Shown one piece after another: positions 11,973 to 24,293 of a DNA stretch of 64,000 nt. The notes below the pieces were generated by a model, which had not been told where the DNA came from, did not search any database, and saw only the letters and a program-made list of their open reading frames with translations. Where the stretch lies: contig NC_087436.1 of NCBI RefSeq assembly GCF_036321535.1, positions 96,226,001-96,290,000 of the forward strand, given 5' to 3'. Position 1 is the stretch's first letter; each line of letters starts with the position of its first letter. Source of the stretch: Camelus dromedarius (lineage: Eukaryota). Made by a program: the position numbers and the translations under genes.

Positions 11973-13345
11973 GATAGGGGCAATGCATTTGTGGTCTCAT
12001 GAAGAATGGTTAGCAAGCACTGAAGAGGCAGGGCAGGGAACATGGCAGTTCATTACAAAAATCGAAGGCTATTTAGAAATAATTATTTGAGTTGAACAGC
12101 TGGCACCAAATACTATAATTATTTGATCAATATAGTAAGGCAAAATGTTCCTTAGAGATAACTAAAGAAGAAAAAAATTCCTCATGCAATTCAAAAAACA
12201 AATTATATCGAGCGCTTACTATATATAAAGAGACAATGTAGAGCTTCAGAAAAGTGAAAATGTGAGCCAGGCTTAAAGTTACGTATTGGATTGTTCTCCC
12301 CAAGCCTTTTCCTTCTCTCTATTGATTCTTCCTTCGGGTGGAATGTTCATAAATCATGAAGCAGTTACCTTTCAGGAGTCCAAAATAGAATTCTGCCTTA
12401 GTCTTGTCTCACTATTTGAGAAATAGCAAGAAGAGAATCAGCTAAAGAGAAGTTTGCTACCGTATTTTTCAGGAAGACCTTTTGGGGTTCTATGTGGTTA
12501 TAATTATAAGGTGACACAAAAGCATGCCTATATGTAACAGGGCTGGCAATAGTCAACTTAGAGGAAGATTAAGTCCAGCTCAATTGCAAAGTTCAGCTCC
12601 TGTGGTCAGTGGCTCAGAGCAGGAGTAGAGATGCAGGACCAAGTCTGAGAGGTTAGCGGTTAAAGTGGAGGTGGCAAGATAAAAGGTTTCCTAATCAGAC
12701 TGTTCCTTAGCCCTGTAGCCATGGGGAGTGTATGTGAATGACCCTGGGGCAGCTTCAGAAACCATGTGCAAAGAGCATCCTTTTCTGTTCACTGTCAGTA
12801 AAATATTCATTCCCATAACTGAAGAAGAATCAGATGTTCCACATCCTTCTGACACCCATATTCAAAAAGCTCATTTTATGTTTGGTTAAACCAACTCTGC
12901 CAGTTTTTTGGAGAACTTTGGTGGAGAGTTGAGGAACTATATTCAGTTTTGCATTGGTCCATGTTTATTAGTTATATACCATTGGTCAGTCTGTATGTGT
13001 GACCCTGTATGGAAGAAATGCATGTGTCTGAAATAATTTTCAACTTTTCATTGAATTGTTTAAACATTATCAATACATATATGAACATAAACATATGGAA
13101 TGTCTCCTGTCCATAGAAATCCGTAATCACCTCTCCCACCCACCTCATCAAATGTGAAAACATTTAAATTGGCCCATTCTGCAACACTAAAAATACATAA
13201 CATTAGTTAGGCAGGAAGCCACAACCCTACTGAGTGCTCAAATACAATCTGGGAGTTAAATCCAAATGATTGAAAAGTCTAAGAAGATTTTCTAATGTTT
13301 TAACTGTAGTTTTTATGTATAAAATTCTAGTATAAGAAATATTTC

Positions 13346-13450
13346 CAGATGCTTTGGAACCAGATTGAGGCGGCGTTTGCACAACATAGTGAATGTACTG
13401 ATGCCACGGAATTGTTCACTTTAAACTGGTTAATTTTTATGTTATGTGAA
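13346..13450 (+). mobile_element. 5'-truncated L1M 3' end
   Basis: ttgcacaacatagtgaatgtact..ccacggaattgttcactttaaa.tggttaattt..gtgaatttcacttcaatttt + A tail; degenerate TSD agaaatatttc / ggaaatactttc. Confidence 0.8.
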
Positions 13451-14389
13451 TTTCACTTCAATTTTAAAAAAGGAAATACTTTCTGAACTATTGATTTCCT
13501 TATAACTGAGAACTTAAATGTAAAATGATTCTCTACTCTATCATCCATTCCTTCTTTATATGCTGATATCGATACATCCAAGCCACTGCTTTCAAAGGCT
13601 TAGAGACAACATTTTCTTTCCCCTCAATTGATTTTTCTTTTCCTTTGCACAAGCACTGATTCTTCCCCCTGCCCTCCACCCGACTGCCCCTAGCCCTTCA
13701 TGTGCAGTTAGTTCTGCCTGGGCTTACAGTTGAAAATCTTTGGGGTCTGCGTCTGATGGTATGCAGTTTTTATTGCAGCAAACAGAACAGAGGGACTGAC
13801 ATATTCTTGATGGTGTTGGTGAGCTCTGTATGTCTCTGCCTTTATTCTGCTGTGGGATGTCACAGGTTTGAGCAGTCTTTTGGAGTTATGGATGCTATCG
13901 CTTGTAGACAGGTGGGCAGGAGCTCCATGGGCTGCTGCTTCTGAGGCACCACTCATGGGGAGCAGCTGGAAGGGAAAGGAGAGATTTCTCCTCCCATTGG
14001 TGCTATCACAAGCCGAAGCACCAACTTTGTAAATGCCCTGTTCCCTCCGATCCAGTCACTAGCACAAGGCAGGTGGGACCATTCCTTTCTTCCTATGTTT
14101 CCCTTTTATTTATTAAAATAAAATCCATACTCACATATACAGCACTCCCTCGTAGGTGATCTCATTTAACGTTCATGATTCTGTGAAGTGGGGAGAGGCA
14201 GAAAAAGACACCAGAGCTCACAGACCTCAACTGGCTTGCCCAAGACCACTTCTCTAAGGAGACATGGAGATACTAGCACTTGAAAATGGGGCTTTCAATG
14301 GCCTCATTCTTTCTACTTCATCTAGTTGGTGTGCTGTGCCCCCTCCTGCGAGTGCTTGCAGATGGCTTCTTTGCTGGTGATGGTTCTTC

Positions 14390-14580
14390 CAGCCAGTGCC
14401 CATGGCTGTGTCACCATGCACTGCACACCTCCAGGGGGCACTATGCACAAGGATTGCAGGATGTTCAATGCCAGGACCCTGGTTGTTGGCATTGTTTTTA
14501 TCTGGCATTGGGTGGAGAGACAAAGATGGTTGTGGTGTATTCCCTGGAGCTCACAGCCAACCTGTAGAGGCAGTGCTCTG
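14390..14580. mobile_element. MER91-like element (hAT-Tip100)
   Basis: tgcactgcacacctccagggggcactatgcaca resembles the MER91 arm TGCACTGCACAACTCCAGGGGGCGCCATTCACA; degenerate inverted arm ccctggagct..aacctg..ctg. Confidence 0.65.
14428..14443 (+). promoter_or_regulatory. Candidate CTCF motif
   Basis: CCTCCAGGGGGCACTA vs consensus CCASYAGRKGGCRS (one tolerated mismatch). Confidence 0.5.
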
Positions 14581-14814
14581 GTGTAGAGTGGGACCAACTA
14601 AACCATCCCAAGACTCAGGTGAACCTGCTTCACACACTGAACGTTATTTTCTCAATGTTTTTCCAAAGTCGAGAAACACCTTCACAACTGACTTTCACAT
14701 TTTTTCAATATAAGCACAATATAAGGGACTTTATTTAGAGGTGGATTGCAATGTAATTACTCAAACTTTAAGTTTAATGTGTCACAAGAAGCAAAAGTAA
14801 ATGAAGAAAGGGGA

Positions 14815-15318
14815 TGTGATGGTCACTTTTACGTGTCAACTTGACTAAACCATGGGTGCCCAGGTACTTGGCTAAACATTATTTCTGGGTGTGTCTGTGA
14901 GGACAGTTCTGGATGAGACTGGCATTTGAATCAGCAGACCAAGTACAGCAGATTGCCTTCTCCAATGTGGGTGGACATCATCCAATTCACTGAGGGCCTG
15001 AATAGAACAAAAAAGTGGAGGAAGGGGAAAAGACACTCTCTTGCCTGACTGTGTGAGCTGGGACCTTGGTCTCATCCTGCACTTGGACTAGGACTTACAC
15101 CACTGGCACTACTAGGTCTCAGGCCTTTGGCCTCAGGCTGGAACTGCACTGCTGGCTTCCCTGGGTCTCTAGCTTAAAGAGGGCACGTCGTGGGACTTCT
15201 TGGTCTCCATGATCATATGAGATAATTCTTAAAATAAATCATAAATACATACATAAATACATCCTTTATATATAATCTCCTATTGGTTCTGTTTCTCTGG
15301 AGAACTATAGCTAATACA
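14815..15318 (+). mobile_element. MLT2-family (ERVL) solo LTR
   Basis: TGTGATGG..tgtcaacttgac start, ctattggttctgtttctctggagaac..taataCA end; TSD gggga/ggtga. Confidence 0.9.
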
Positions 15319-15804
15319 GGTGATGAATTGGGAAATAAGAATAACAAATAACTAAAGGATTATTTGTTAGAACTACATACTGTCCATACTAAAGATGATC
15401 TACATAAGAGCTTTAAAAAGGCATATGTTTGGCTCCAGCAAATGTAAGGGTAATATTTTCAGAAAACTGTTTAACTCTTAGTCATTAGAGACCTGTCTTG
15501 CGTACATGGTTGCCAAGATTGGATGTTAGCAGATATACTTAGCACATAAATTTTAGCGTTTTTCATGTCAAAGCAATTATCCAGGTGCCCATGATGGATT
15601 TGACAGTATGTAATGACTGCTCTGTCTATGAGCAAAAAATATCCACTCTCACAATTGGTACATAGTGAGCCTGTGCTTCACATGCTACAGACATGAGTTT
15701 CTGTAATAGGGTCTGTAGACAAAGAGATCTATTAATGCATACAAATAATCCACAGATAAATTTTAAAAATATTTTGAGGTTGGAAAAAGGCAAAATGTTA
15801 GAAG

Positions 15805-15878
15805 TGACCTCAACCTCTCTGAGCCTCAGCTTTTGCATCTGCAAATGGAGATAATATTTTATCCTTCTATACTTACCT
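15805..15878 (+). mobile_element. MIR fragment
   Basis: aacctctctgagcctcagcttttgcatctgcaaatggagataata core. Confidence 0.7.
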
Positions 15879-16455
15879 GGTCACTCATCTACTCTGGTTT
15901 CTTGTGAGAGTCAGTTACTCTAGGTGGAAGCACTCTGAAATGCAAGCACTTGGCAATAAATAAGGCACCACTACTTTCCCTAAACACAGTTACAGAGAGA
16001 CATACCTCCTCAGCGCACTCAAACCTGCACACATGTGATAGAAATGAACACTGAGAAGTCCAGCTGGGTAGACAGAGACGGGAAAGAAACATCTCTTGAT
16101 TGAAGAAAGAGAAACAAGATAGAAAGGAAGAAAACAAGGGGTAGATAGTTGTTTACAGGTGGTAGGAAGGTGAGAAAATACATGATCAGGGAAGAACAAA
16201 CTCCTCCACTCTCCAGGGGTGGAGAAAAAGAGGCTTAAAAGAATTAACCTGGGTTAACCTAGTTGGCTGGCACAAAGGCAACAGATGTGTGGAGTTAACC
16301 TTTAGAGAGAACACAGGCTTCACGGGGAGCTGACAACCCACACATAAAATAGAAAATTTTTAAATGAAGCAATGTGTATTGTTATTGGTGTGTTAATCAC
16401 CAGGTTTGTAAGAATTGAGTTATTGAAATTCAACTCTTCTGAAAAAGAAGAACCG

Positions 16456-16814
16456 TGTGACTATGAACTACATGTGTCCCCTCCAGATTCATATGTAGAT
16501 GATCTAACCCACCAGTGAATGAGATGGGACCTTTAAGGAGGTGGTTAAGGTTAAATGAGATTATAAGGGTGGAGCCAATCCCACAGAACTGGTGCCCTCA
16601 TAAGAGGAGGAAGTGATGTCAGAGGTCCTTTTGCCAAATGAGGATACGGAGAGAAGGCAGCTGTCTTCAAGAAGAGAATCCTCACCAGAGCCTGACCCTG
16701 CTGGCACCTTGATCTCGGACTTCCGAACTCCGGAACTGTGAGAAAACAGATTTCTGTTGTTTAAGCCACCCATTCTATGGTATTTTGTTATGGCAGCCTG
16801 AGCTGACTAAAACA
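16456..16814 (+). mobile_element. MLT1A-type (ERVL-MaLR) solo LTR
   Basis: tgtgtcccctccagattcatatgt..ctggcaccttgatctcggacttcc..ttttgttatggcagcctgagctgactaaaaCA. Confidence 0.88.
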
Positions 16815-17210
16815 AGCATAAAGATGAACAAAATGAAGTAGTTTTTGTTGACGTAATTAGCTGGTGTCTTTGGCAATTCATCATAAAATGTATTGAGGGG
16901 GTAAAGTCATAGATGAAGTGACTTGCCAATTTCATTTCCTATACAACAGAGTTACTAAGTTAATGCTCTGATCTAGTTTCTTTGAGAATCTCAGTGCATA
17001 TAAAATTATAATTTTACTTTTTTCTTAAAAATGTTATTTATGATTTAACTATGGTTATTAAATTTACATACTGAAGCCCACCATGGAACTTAACTGATAT
17101 CAATAATAATTACTTATATCAATGGCAATTCTGCGATTTCTTACTTACGGCAATGTGCTTTTCTCTGCAACAAAGTTTTATTACCTGGAAAATGAACACA
17201 ACTATTATTC

Positions 17211-17702
17211 TGTGAAAGAATTTCAATCTAAAATGGAACCAGAGGATATAAAGTGAAAAATCTCACACACATGCCCTTAGGAAAACAAAATGTAAGGAGT
17301 GAAAGACTGATTTCCTGTAAAAGCCTGATTTTACAGAAAATTGCTAATATTGGAATTTTCCTGAATGATAGGGAATTGGTCAGGGATTACCTTGTATCAG
17401 CCTTGGGAAATTAGGCTTAGGGTTTTCCGAGGCAGGAACAAGAAATGACCCAGGTTGGGTTGGTCTCACGAAATAAGCTGAATTGAGCTTTGTTTGCATG
17501 ACTGGACTGGTTTTGTCTGCTTGGGGAATTTTCAAAGCTGGTCTTTGTTTGTTTCTTGGCTTTAACAGACTCTCACTCAACTCTCCCCTCTTTACATTCC
17601 CTGCCCATAAAGACAGCCTCCCTCAGACCCTCAGTGGACTCACCTGTAGCTTGCTACGGTCTGTGTGTCCCAAATTGCACATTCCTGAATAAACTCACCT
17701 TC

Positions 17703-17734
<32 letters not shown>

Positions 17735-17776
17735 TTTCAAGCTTGCCTTATTTTACCCTTTTATCTAAGTTGAGCA
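17211..17776 (+). mobile_element. ERV1-type solo LTR with internal T28 run
   Basis: TG..CA ends, CATAAA TATA-like box (~17606), AATAAA (~17688), U5-like 3' part; flanks attc/(a)ttca; T run 17703-17730. Confidence 0.7.
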
Positions 17777-18064
17777 TTCAGTAGAAACATCAGAGCAAAT
17801 GAGGCAACCAAAAGGGTAAAAAGGATTGGGTAATAGAACTGAAGGGAATGGAACCATTCTGGAGCTTATAGTTAATTTACATCATTTCAAAGCACAGATT
17901 ACAACTCTAACCCTGAACAGTTGCCTTATAAAACTGAGAACTGAGAAATGTGGAAGGATTACTGAAATTTTAAAATGCTAGAGAAAAAATTCATCACGAA
18001 AGTAAATACAAAACAGCAGGGGTGGTTGATGTTTTGCTTGTTTGTTCTTTAAGGGGGGGGGGGC

Positions 18065-18420
18065 AGTTTTGGACATACTAGAAGTGAGATGCTGTTATTT
18101 AAGTGGTGCTGCCCTTGAAGCAGTTAGAAACGTGGATCTGTAAGTCAAAAGAGTAATCTGGCTGGAAAAGCAGTCCTGGAAAACAGCATGCTTTCATTCA
18201 ACAAATATTTATTAAGCACCTGACTTGCAGGGTAGCCAACCACTTTGGTTTGCTCAGGGCTGTCCCAGTTTGAGCACTGAAAGTTCCAGGAGCTCCCTCA
18301 TTCCCAGGCAAGACAGGACAGTTGGTGACACTAACAAGACAGTCATGGTTCCTACTTTTTCTGAGCTTGCATTCTGGGAGAGCAGCCGGATATCTGTATG
18401 GATTAGATAGTTCAAAGAGG
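18065..18420 (-). mobile_element. L2 fragments (interrupted by MER81)
   Basis: ttttggacat..tgagatgc and ttcattcaacaaatatttattaagcacct..aacaagacagtcatggttcct. Confidence 0.7.
18228..18333. mobile_element. MER81 (hAT-Blackjack MITE)
   Basis: cagggtagccaacc..gtcccagtttgagcactgaaagt..ggacagttggtgacacta; inverted termini. Confidence 0.8.
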
Positions 18421-18539
18421 AATTACAGAGTGGAAAGAGAATAGGGCTGAGGATAACCAATCTTTATGTGGGCACAGAAGCAGGAGGAGAAAGATTTGAA
18501 TGGTGTCATAGAAGTCCAGAGAGGAAAGAGTGATAATAT

Positions 18540-18900
18540 TCAAAACATTTGTACAGAGCATTTAAAAAGCAATGAAAAAAATGGACAAAGGACGTGAGCA
18601 GGTAATTCATAGAATCAGAAGAACAAATACCAATAAGCATAAAAGATAATTCTCAGCTCTACAAACAATCATAGAACTGCGAAGGAAAATACATGATCAG
18701 ATATCTTTTTGCTTATCAAACCAATGTAGGGAAAAACACCTCATGGTGTCTAGGCAACAAGGAAATGGTCGCTCCCAGACACAGACCCAGTGAAAATGGG
18801 TAGAACCTTGCTGAGAATGTGATTTGGCAAGAGGTATAGCATTCCACTTTTAGAAATCCATCCTACTATTTACACAGAGATTTGGGTACAAATAAATTCA
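18540..18900 (+). mobile_element. Old L1ME ORF2-end fragment
   Basis: aaatggacaaaggacgtgagcaggtaattcataga..attccacttttagaaatccatcct. Confidence 0.6.
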
Positions 18901-19039
18901 GTAATTTTTAGCTTCTACCCTGGCTTTATTCTTTAAGTCTTAATTTACCAGTGTTAATATGAACAAAACTGAGTGAAATTGCCCACCATAATTACTAACT
19001 CACATAATGTGTGGGTCAGAATTCTGCTCAAGTTTCTAT

Positions 19040-21060
19040 TTTTCTAATTCTGAGAAGTTAGAAAACAATAGAGAAACACACAAAGCATAAAATAACTATG
19101 TCCCCACAGCCCAGCTTCACAACTCAACTTTTGGTCATATTTTCAAGAGATTTAAAAAAAATTAATAGACTATTTTTCAGAACAGTTTAGACTTACAGAA
19201 GAATCTGGCAGAGAGCATTGGAAATTCCCATATACCACCCTCTCCCCCAGTTACCCCTATTTTTAACATATTGGTACAGGACATTTGTTACAATTATTGA
19301 ACTAATATTGGTACATTTTTATGAGCTAAAACCCATAGTTTATTCGGATTTCCTTAGTTTTTACTTAATGTAATGTTTTTCCTGTTCCAGGATGCCATAT
19401 TCCATTTAGTTGTCATTTCTCCTTACACTCCTCTTGGCTGTGACATTTTCTCAGATTTTCTTTGTTTTTGATAACCCTGATCATTTTGAGGAGTAGTGGT
19501 TGTGTATTTTATAGGATTCCCCCTATTGGAATTTGCTTGATATTTTCCTCATTATTACACCAGAGTAATGGGTTTGGGAAGGAAGATCATAAAGTGCCAT
19601 TTTCATCATATCAAAGGGTACTTACTTTCAACATAATTTATGAGTGTTGACATTGACCTCGATCAACTGGCTGAAGTAGCATTTGTTGGATTTCTCTACT
19701 GTAAGTTACTGTTCCTCCCATCCACCCCACACTTTCATACTGTACGCATTGGAAGGAAATCACTATGTGCAGCCCATTCTTAAGGGGTGGGAGTTATAAT
19801 CCCCTCCTTTAGGGTAGAATGTCTACATAATTTACATGAGCTGCATAATTTGGAGTTCTGCACAGAATTTATATTTTTATTCAGTCACTTATATCACTAG
19901 GGACTCATGGCTATTTATTTTACATTTTGAGTTATAATCTAATGTTACTTTATTTTGTTACTTAAATTATTCCAGCCTTGGTCATTGGAAGCTCTTTTAC
20001 TTGACTCCTGGGTCCCTTTAACTTACTCCCTTCATTGTGGCAGTTTTTATTTTTTAAAAACTAATTACTTTCTGGCACAAGATGGTCCAGGCTCATCTTG
20101 TGTATTTCCTACTCCAGTCCCAGAATCACCCATCTCTCCATGGAGACTTTGTTCCATTTATTGGAGAACAATACTAGAAACCAAGATCTGGGTGCTAGGT
20201 GTGCTTGTTGCCACTGCAGTGTCATTTCTTTTAGGCCCTCTCAGAATGATATGTGTGTACACTAACCTGTGTATATACGCATAGCTATAAACACTTCCAC
20301 AGGTAACCACCTGTGCTCCATAGTAAGTTACTAATCATAAACTTGAATATATTTTTAGGTTAAACATGAGTTCTCCATACACTCCATAAACTAAGGTCTT
20401 CAACTCTACCCCTTATCACATGGACCATTCTAGCCTCTTCCTGCTGCTGTGTACATTTTGACTCCAACTGTGGGAAACCCGGATCCCACCACCTGTCATT
20501 CATTCACTTAATGGTTCATTTCCAGTATACGTGGAGAGCGGTATCAGAATTATTAGCCTCCATCCCTGTAGGAAACAATCTTATTGACAAGAGTACAGTA
20601 TTTAAGCATAGTTCCTTTTGCCTTTAATCTCACAGACCCCAACAGACATTTTAAAAATAAAAAATAAAACAGCAGATAAAGTTGGAATTCCCCCTCGACC
20701 TACAAATCCAAGCTGATTCTCCTCTTCCTTCCCAAGATGGACATATTATTATAAGTTTATTGTATACTCTTTCAGTCTATTTTTATACTTTATAAATATA
20801 AATATACATGTATGGGTATCCTATTTTTAAATTTACATAAATTATATACGGCACATATTCTGCACTTTTTTCATTCTTACATTGTTGTCATGACTCTGTG
20901 CTGATAAATTTATAGTCCATTCCTTCGTATCATGAATATATCCCATCGTATGAATATTCCACATTTTCTTGATCACTTTTCTTACTGATGGGTATTTGGA
21001 TTCTTCCGATTTTTTTTTTTTTGCTTTTATAAATAATGCCATGCTAAATATCCCACCAAA
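19040..21060 (-). mobile_element. L1MC-type 3' region (~19160-20630) nested in older L1ME sequence
   Basis: ttaatagactatttttcagaacagtttagacttacagaa.. long L1MC 3'UTR including tagaaaccaagatctgggtgctaggtgtgct. Confidence 0.75.
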
Positions 21061-21351
21061 TTAGTAAATATTGAGAGCATTATGTCAGTGGAAATGGCAT
21101 CAATTTATATTTAATAAATAAAAAGTTCCATTCTCAGACCTAGTATCTAACTCCATACTTAAAAATATGGATTCCAGTCATGTTTCAGTGCCCATGACAC
21201 CTGATTCTCACAGCCACTGTTCAGTGGGCCGGGTCCTTATCCTGGCCTGGACACATTGCACAATGCCTGGCCCACAGCAGGCTCTCACTGCTCTTCCTGC
21301 TGCCTTGCAGGGGTCAGCCCTGGTCAGTGTATCTAAGGGTTCTTTCAGAAT

Positions 21352-21354
21352 TGC

Positions 21355-21387
<33 letters not shown>

Positions 21388-21395
21388 CGCGCGCA
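21352..21395. repeat. Alternating purine-pyrimidine tract TGC(GT)12(GC)8A
   Basis: Direct read; 44 bp uninterrupted alternation, embedded in L2-like sequence. Confidence 0.95.
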
Positions 21396-21731
21396 GATCC
21401 TGCAGAGGTCTGTCAGCCCTGCTTTGAAAGCCTTACAAAAACGCTGAATTGCCCATGTGTATACTGCTGGTTCAAAGTTACAAGAAAATTTCTTCTTTTG
21501 AACTGAGACAGAGCAGACACGCCTAGAAGGAAGCCCGGCATGTGTACTGTGGGCCTGAGAATGGAACAGAAGAAAGCTGGCTTGCTGAGTGCTGTCTTAA
21601 TGGCAACAGCGTTACTAGTGGGTACCCACTGACAAGGCCTGGGCTCAGGAAATACTACTGCGACTTGCAAGTGTCCCCTTCAGTATATGCCAAACCTGTA
21701 ATTGGAATTTCACAATTACAGGTCCTCCTAA

Positions 21732-22296
21732 AAACTCTAATCTGAAAAGATAAATGCACCCCAGTGTTCACAGCAGCACTATTTACAATAGCCAAGACAT
21801 GGAAACAACTCAAGGGCCTATCAGTAGACGATTAACTTGAGAAGGTATGGTCCATTCCACACACAATGGAATATTTTTCAGCCATAAAAAAGAATGAAAA
21901 TGCCAATGCAGCAACATGGATAGACCTAGAGAATATTACGCTTAGTGAAATAAGTCATATAAAGATAAATACTATATGATATTACTTATATGTGTAATCT
22001 AAAAAGTAATACAAAGGAATCTACATACAAAACAGAAACAGACTCAGAGAGAAAGGAAATTTATGGTTACCAAAGGAGAGAGGGACAAATTAGGACTATG
22101 GGATTAGCAGACACAAACTACCATACATAAAATAAATGAGCAACCAGGATTTACTGTATAGCACAGGGAATTATATCCACGATCTTGTAATGACCTAAAA
22201 TGGAATATAATCTGCGGGAGAAAACCCTGAATCACTATGCTGTACATACGAAACTAACACAATATTGTAAATCAACTACACTTCAATTAAAAAAAT
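21732..22296 (+). mobile_element. 5'-truncated lineage L1 (ORF2 end + 3'UTR + A tail)
   Basis: atgcaccccagtgttcacagcagcactatttacaatagccaagacatgg..tgtaaatcaactacacttcaattaaaaaaa; TSD tcctcctaa at 21723-21731 and 22297-22305. Confidence 0.92.
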
Positions 22297-22844
22297 TCCT
22301 CCTAATATCTTGCATAATATCCTCCTTAGATGGTAGTAAATTGACACAGTATTCTAAAATACATTTAAATGGTTTTAATTAAAAGGAATATTTGAATATT
22401 ACCTTTCTTTCCTGATTGAAAATATTGAGTTACACATGGAAGTGTTTGTCATCTGTATTTCCTAGGCTCTAGCAGTTGGTGATAACCTGGCCAAAATCAT
22501 GGCCACAAAATAGGACTTATCTGACTTTGCTTCCACCCTCTGGGGTGCTCAGAATCCCTTGAATTCCCCTGGAAGAGTTCTGGGAGGATTTCAGGTATGC
22601 TTTGGGGATAAGAAATTTCTGTAGGCTTTTCATGTAACCATCTTTTGAAGGGATCCTTCACCCTCTCATCTCTGCTAACTTGTCTGAATTCTGGGAGAAG
22701 GACAGTTTATTTAGGATCATTCTGGGATTCATCTTTTAGTAATTGCAGTGATTTGTACCTATTATAAAGCAACAGCTCATTTATCCAGCACCACTGGTTT
22801 TCCCACATAAGGGGTGGAATATGAACTAATTATAAGCCATTAAC

Positions 22845-23010
22845 TCATTTGATCCTTATGAGAATGTTGTGCATTACTGCTTCCACTTTAAAGCTGAGAA
22901 ATCCAAGAATCAGAGAGGTCAAGTAACTTGCCTAAGATCCCACAGCTGATTAAAGATGGAGCCCAACTCTGAGCCCAGGTACCTCTAACTCCATAGTCAT
23001 GATCTTTCTA
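22845..23010 (-). mobile_element. MIR
   Basis: cagagaggtcaagtaacttgcctaagatcccacagct. Confidence 0.75.
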
Positions 23011-23039
23011 CCATAACATACTTTCTTCAGAAAGACTTC

Positions 23040-23305
23040 TGGGGCGGGTCTGGGGGGTGGGGTGGGAAGGGTAAACCGGGAGTTTGAGATTTGCAGATAC
23101 TGATTGGTATGTATAAAATAGATAAGCAAGTTTATAATGCATAGCACAGGGAGATACATTCAATATCTAGTAGTAGCTTATGGTGAAAAAGAATATGAAA
23201 ATGAATATATGTATATAACGTATGACTGAAGAATTGGGCTATACACCAGAAATTGACACAACATTGTAAACTGACTATACCTCAATTAAAAAAAATTTAA
23301 AGAAG
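23040..23305 (+). mobile_element. 5'-truncated camelid-type L1 3'UTR
   Basis: G-rich start, gggagtttgagatttgcagatac..ccagaaattgacacaacattgtaaactgactatacctcaattaaaa; TSD gaaagacttc at 23030-23039 and 23306-23315. Confidence 0.92.
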
Positions 23306-23459
23306 GAAAGACTTCCAATTAGACGTTTATCCCTTTAGCCATCTTTAAAACTCTTTAAATAAATTTCAACAGAAAAAATGTCTGTCTTTAATACTTTCAT
23401 TTCACATAGATAATCTCTTAAACTTCACCCATTGTCTTCTGTTTAACTTTTATGGATGA

Positions 23460-23650
23460 GGTGGCAATGAAAGTGGTTAAGAGCACAGGCCATCCGCTCT
23501 GTGATCTTAGGTAGGTTACCTAACCTCTCTGTGCTCCAGTTTCTTTATCTGTGAACTGCAGCTTTCCACAGTGCCAATCTCAGTGGGTTTTCATGTGGAT
23601 TAAGAGCATTAACAATGTAAGTAAGGGAATTAGAATGGTAATTGATTAAA
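23460..23650 (+). mobile_element. MIR
   Basis: agtggttaagagcacagg..ctgtgatcttaggtaggttacctaacctctctgtgc. Confidence 0.75.
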
Positions 23651-24293
23651 AAAAAGTTCATGATTCATTATTAATGAATTAGTCAATGATCTATCGCTGT
23701 GTAATGTATTGATCCAACTTGTTTGTACATTTCTCCTCTGCTCTAGGAATGTCAGGCTGTGAGCTGTTACTTTTCCAGCTGTCACTATACCCATTTTTGA
23801 CAGTCTTCCTTTACTAGAAACCAGACCAACCAACCCTTTTAGAACTGTATGTTCAGGAAGTCTGAATGATATCTAAAGGTTTTTCATGGCTTTAGTAGAG
23901 TTTCATCACAGCTACTTCTGGAGCACAAAGGGCAATTTATCTTTATTTCCAGTGTCAGGTTTTATTTTTTGAAGTGTTGAGGCCACTGGAAGGCTAATCT
24001 CCAGATAAGGAAAATGCAATTCTCTATAATGTAGAGATGTCTAGTGTAGGCAATGGTCATTTGAAAAAAAAAAGAAAAAAAAAAAAACCAACTCATCATG
24101 AAAACTTTAAAACAATACCCAAATTAGAGGGACTAATATAACAAGTCCCCAGACACCTATGATCAAGTTTCAACAATAATCAATATTTTGATAATCTTAT
24201 TTCATCTGTCTGTAGGAATCCTGTCATTTTATCAAACAAATAAAACAAAAACAAGACCAAAAAAATTCAGCATGTACCTTTAACCTTAAAACA

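Noticed and set aside
13702..14713. Stack of overlapping 80-105 aa ORFs
   Set aside because: No recognisable domain; explained by locally higher GC and the MER91-like element.
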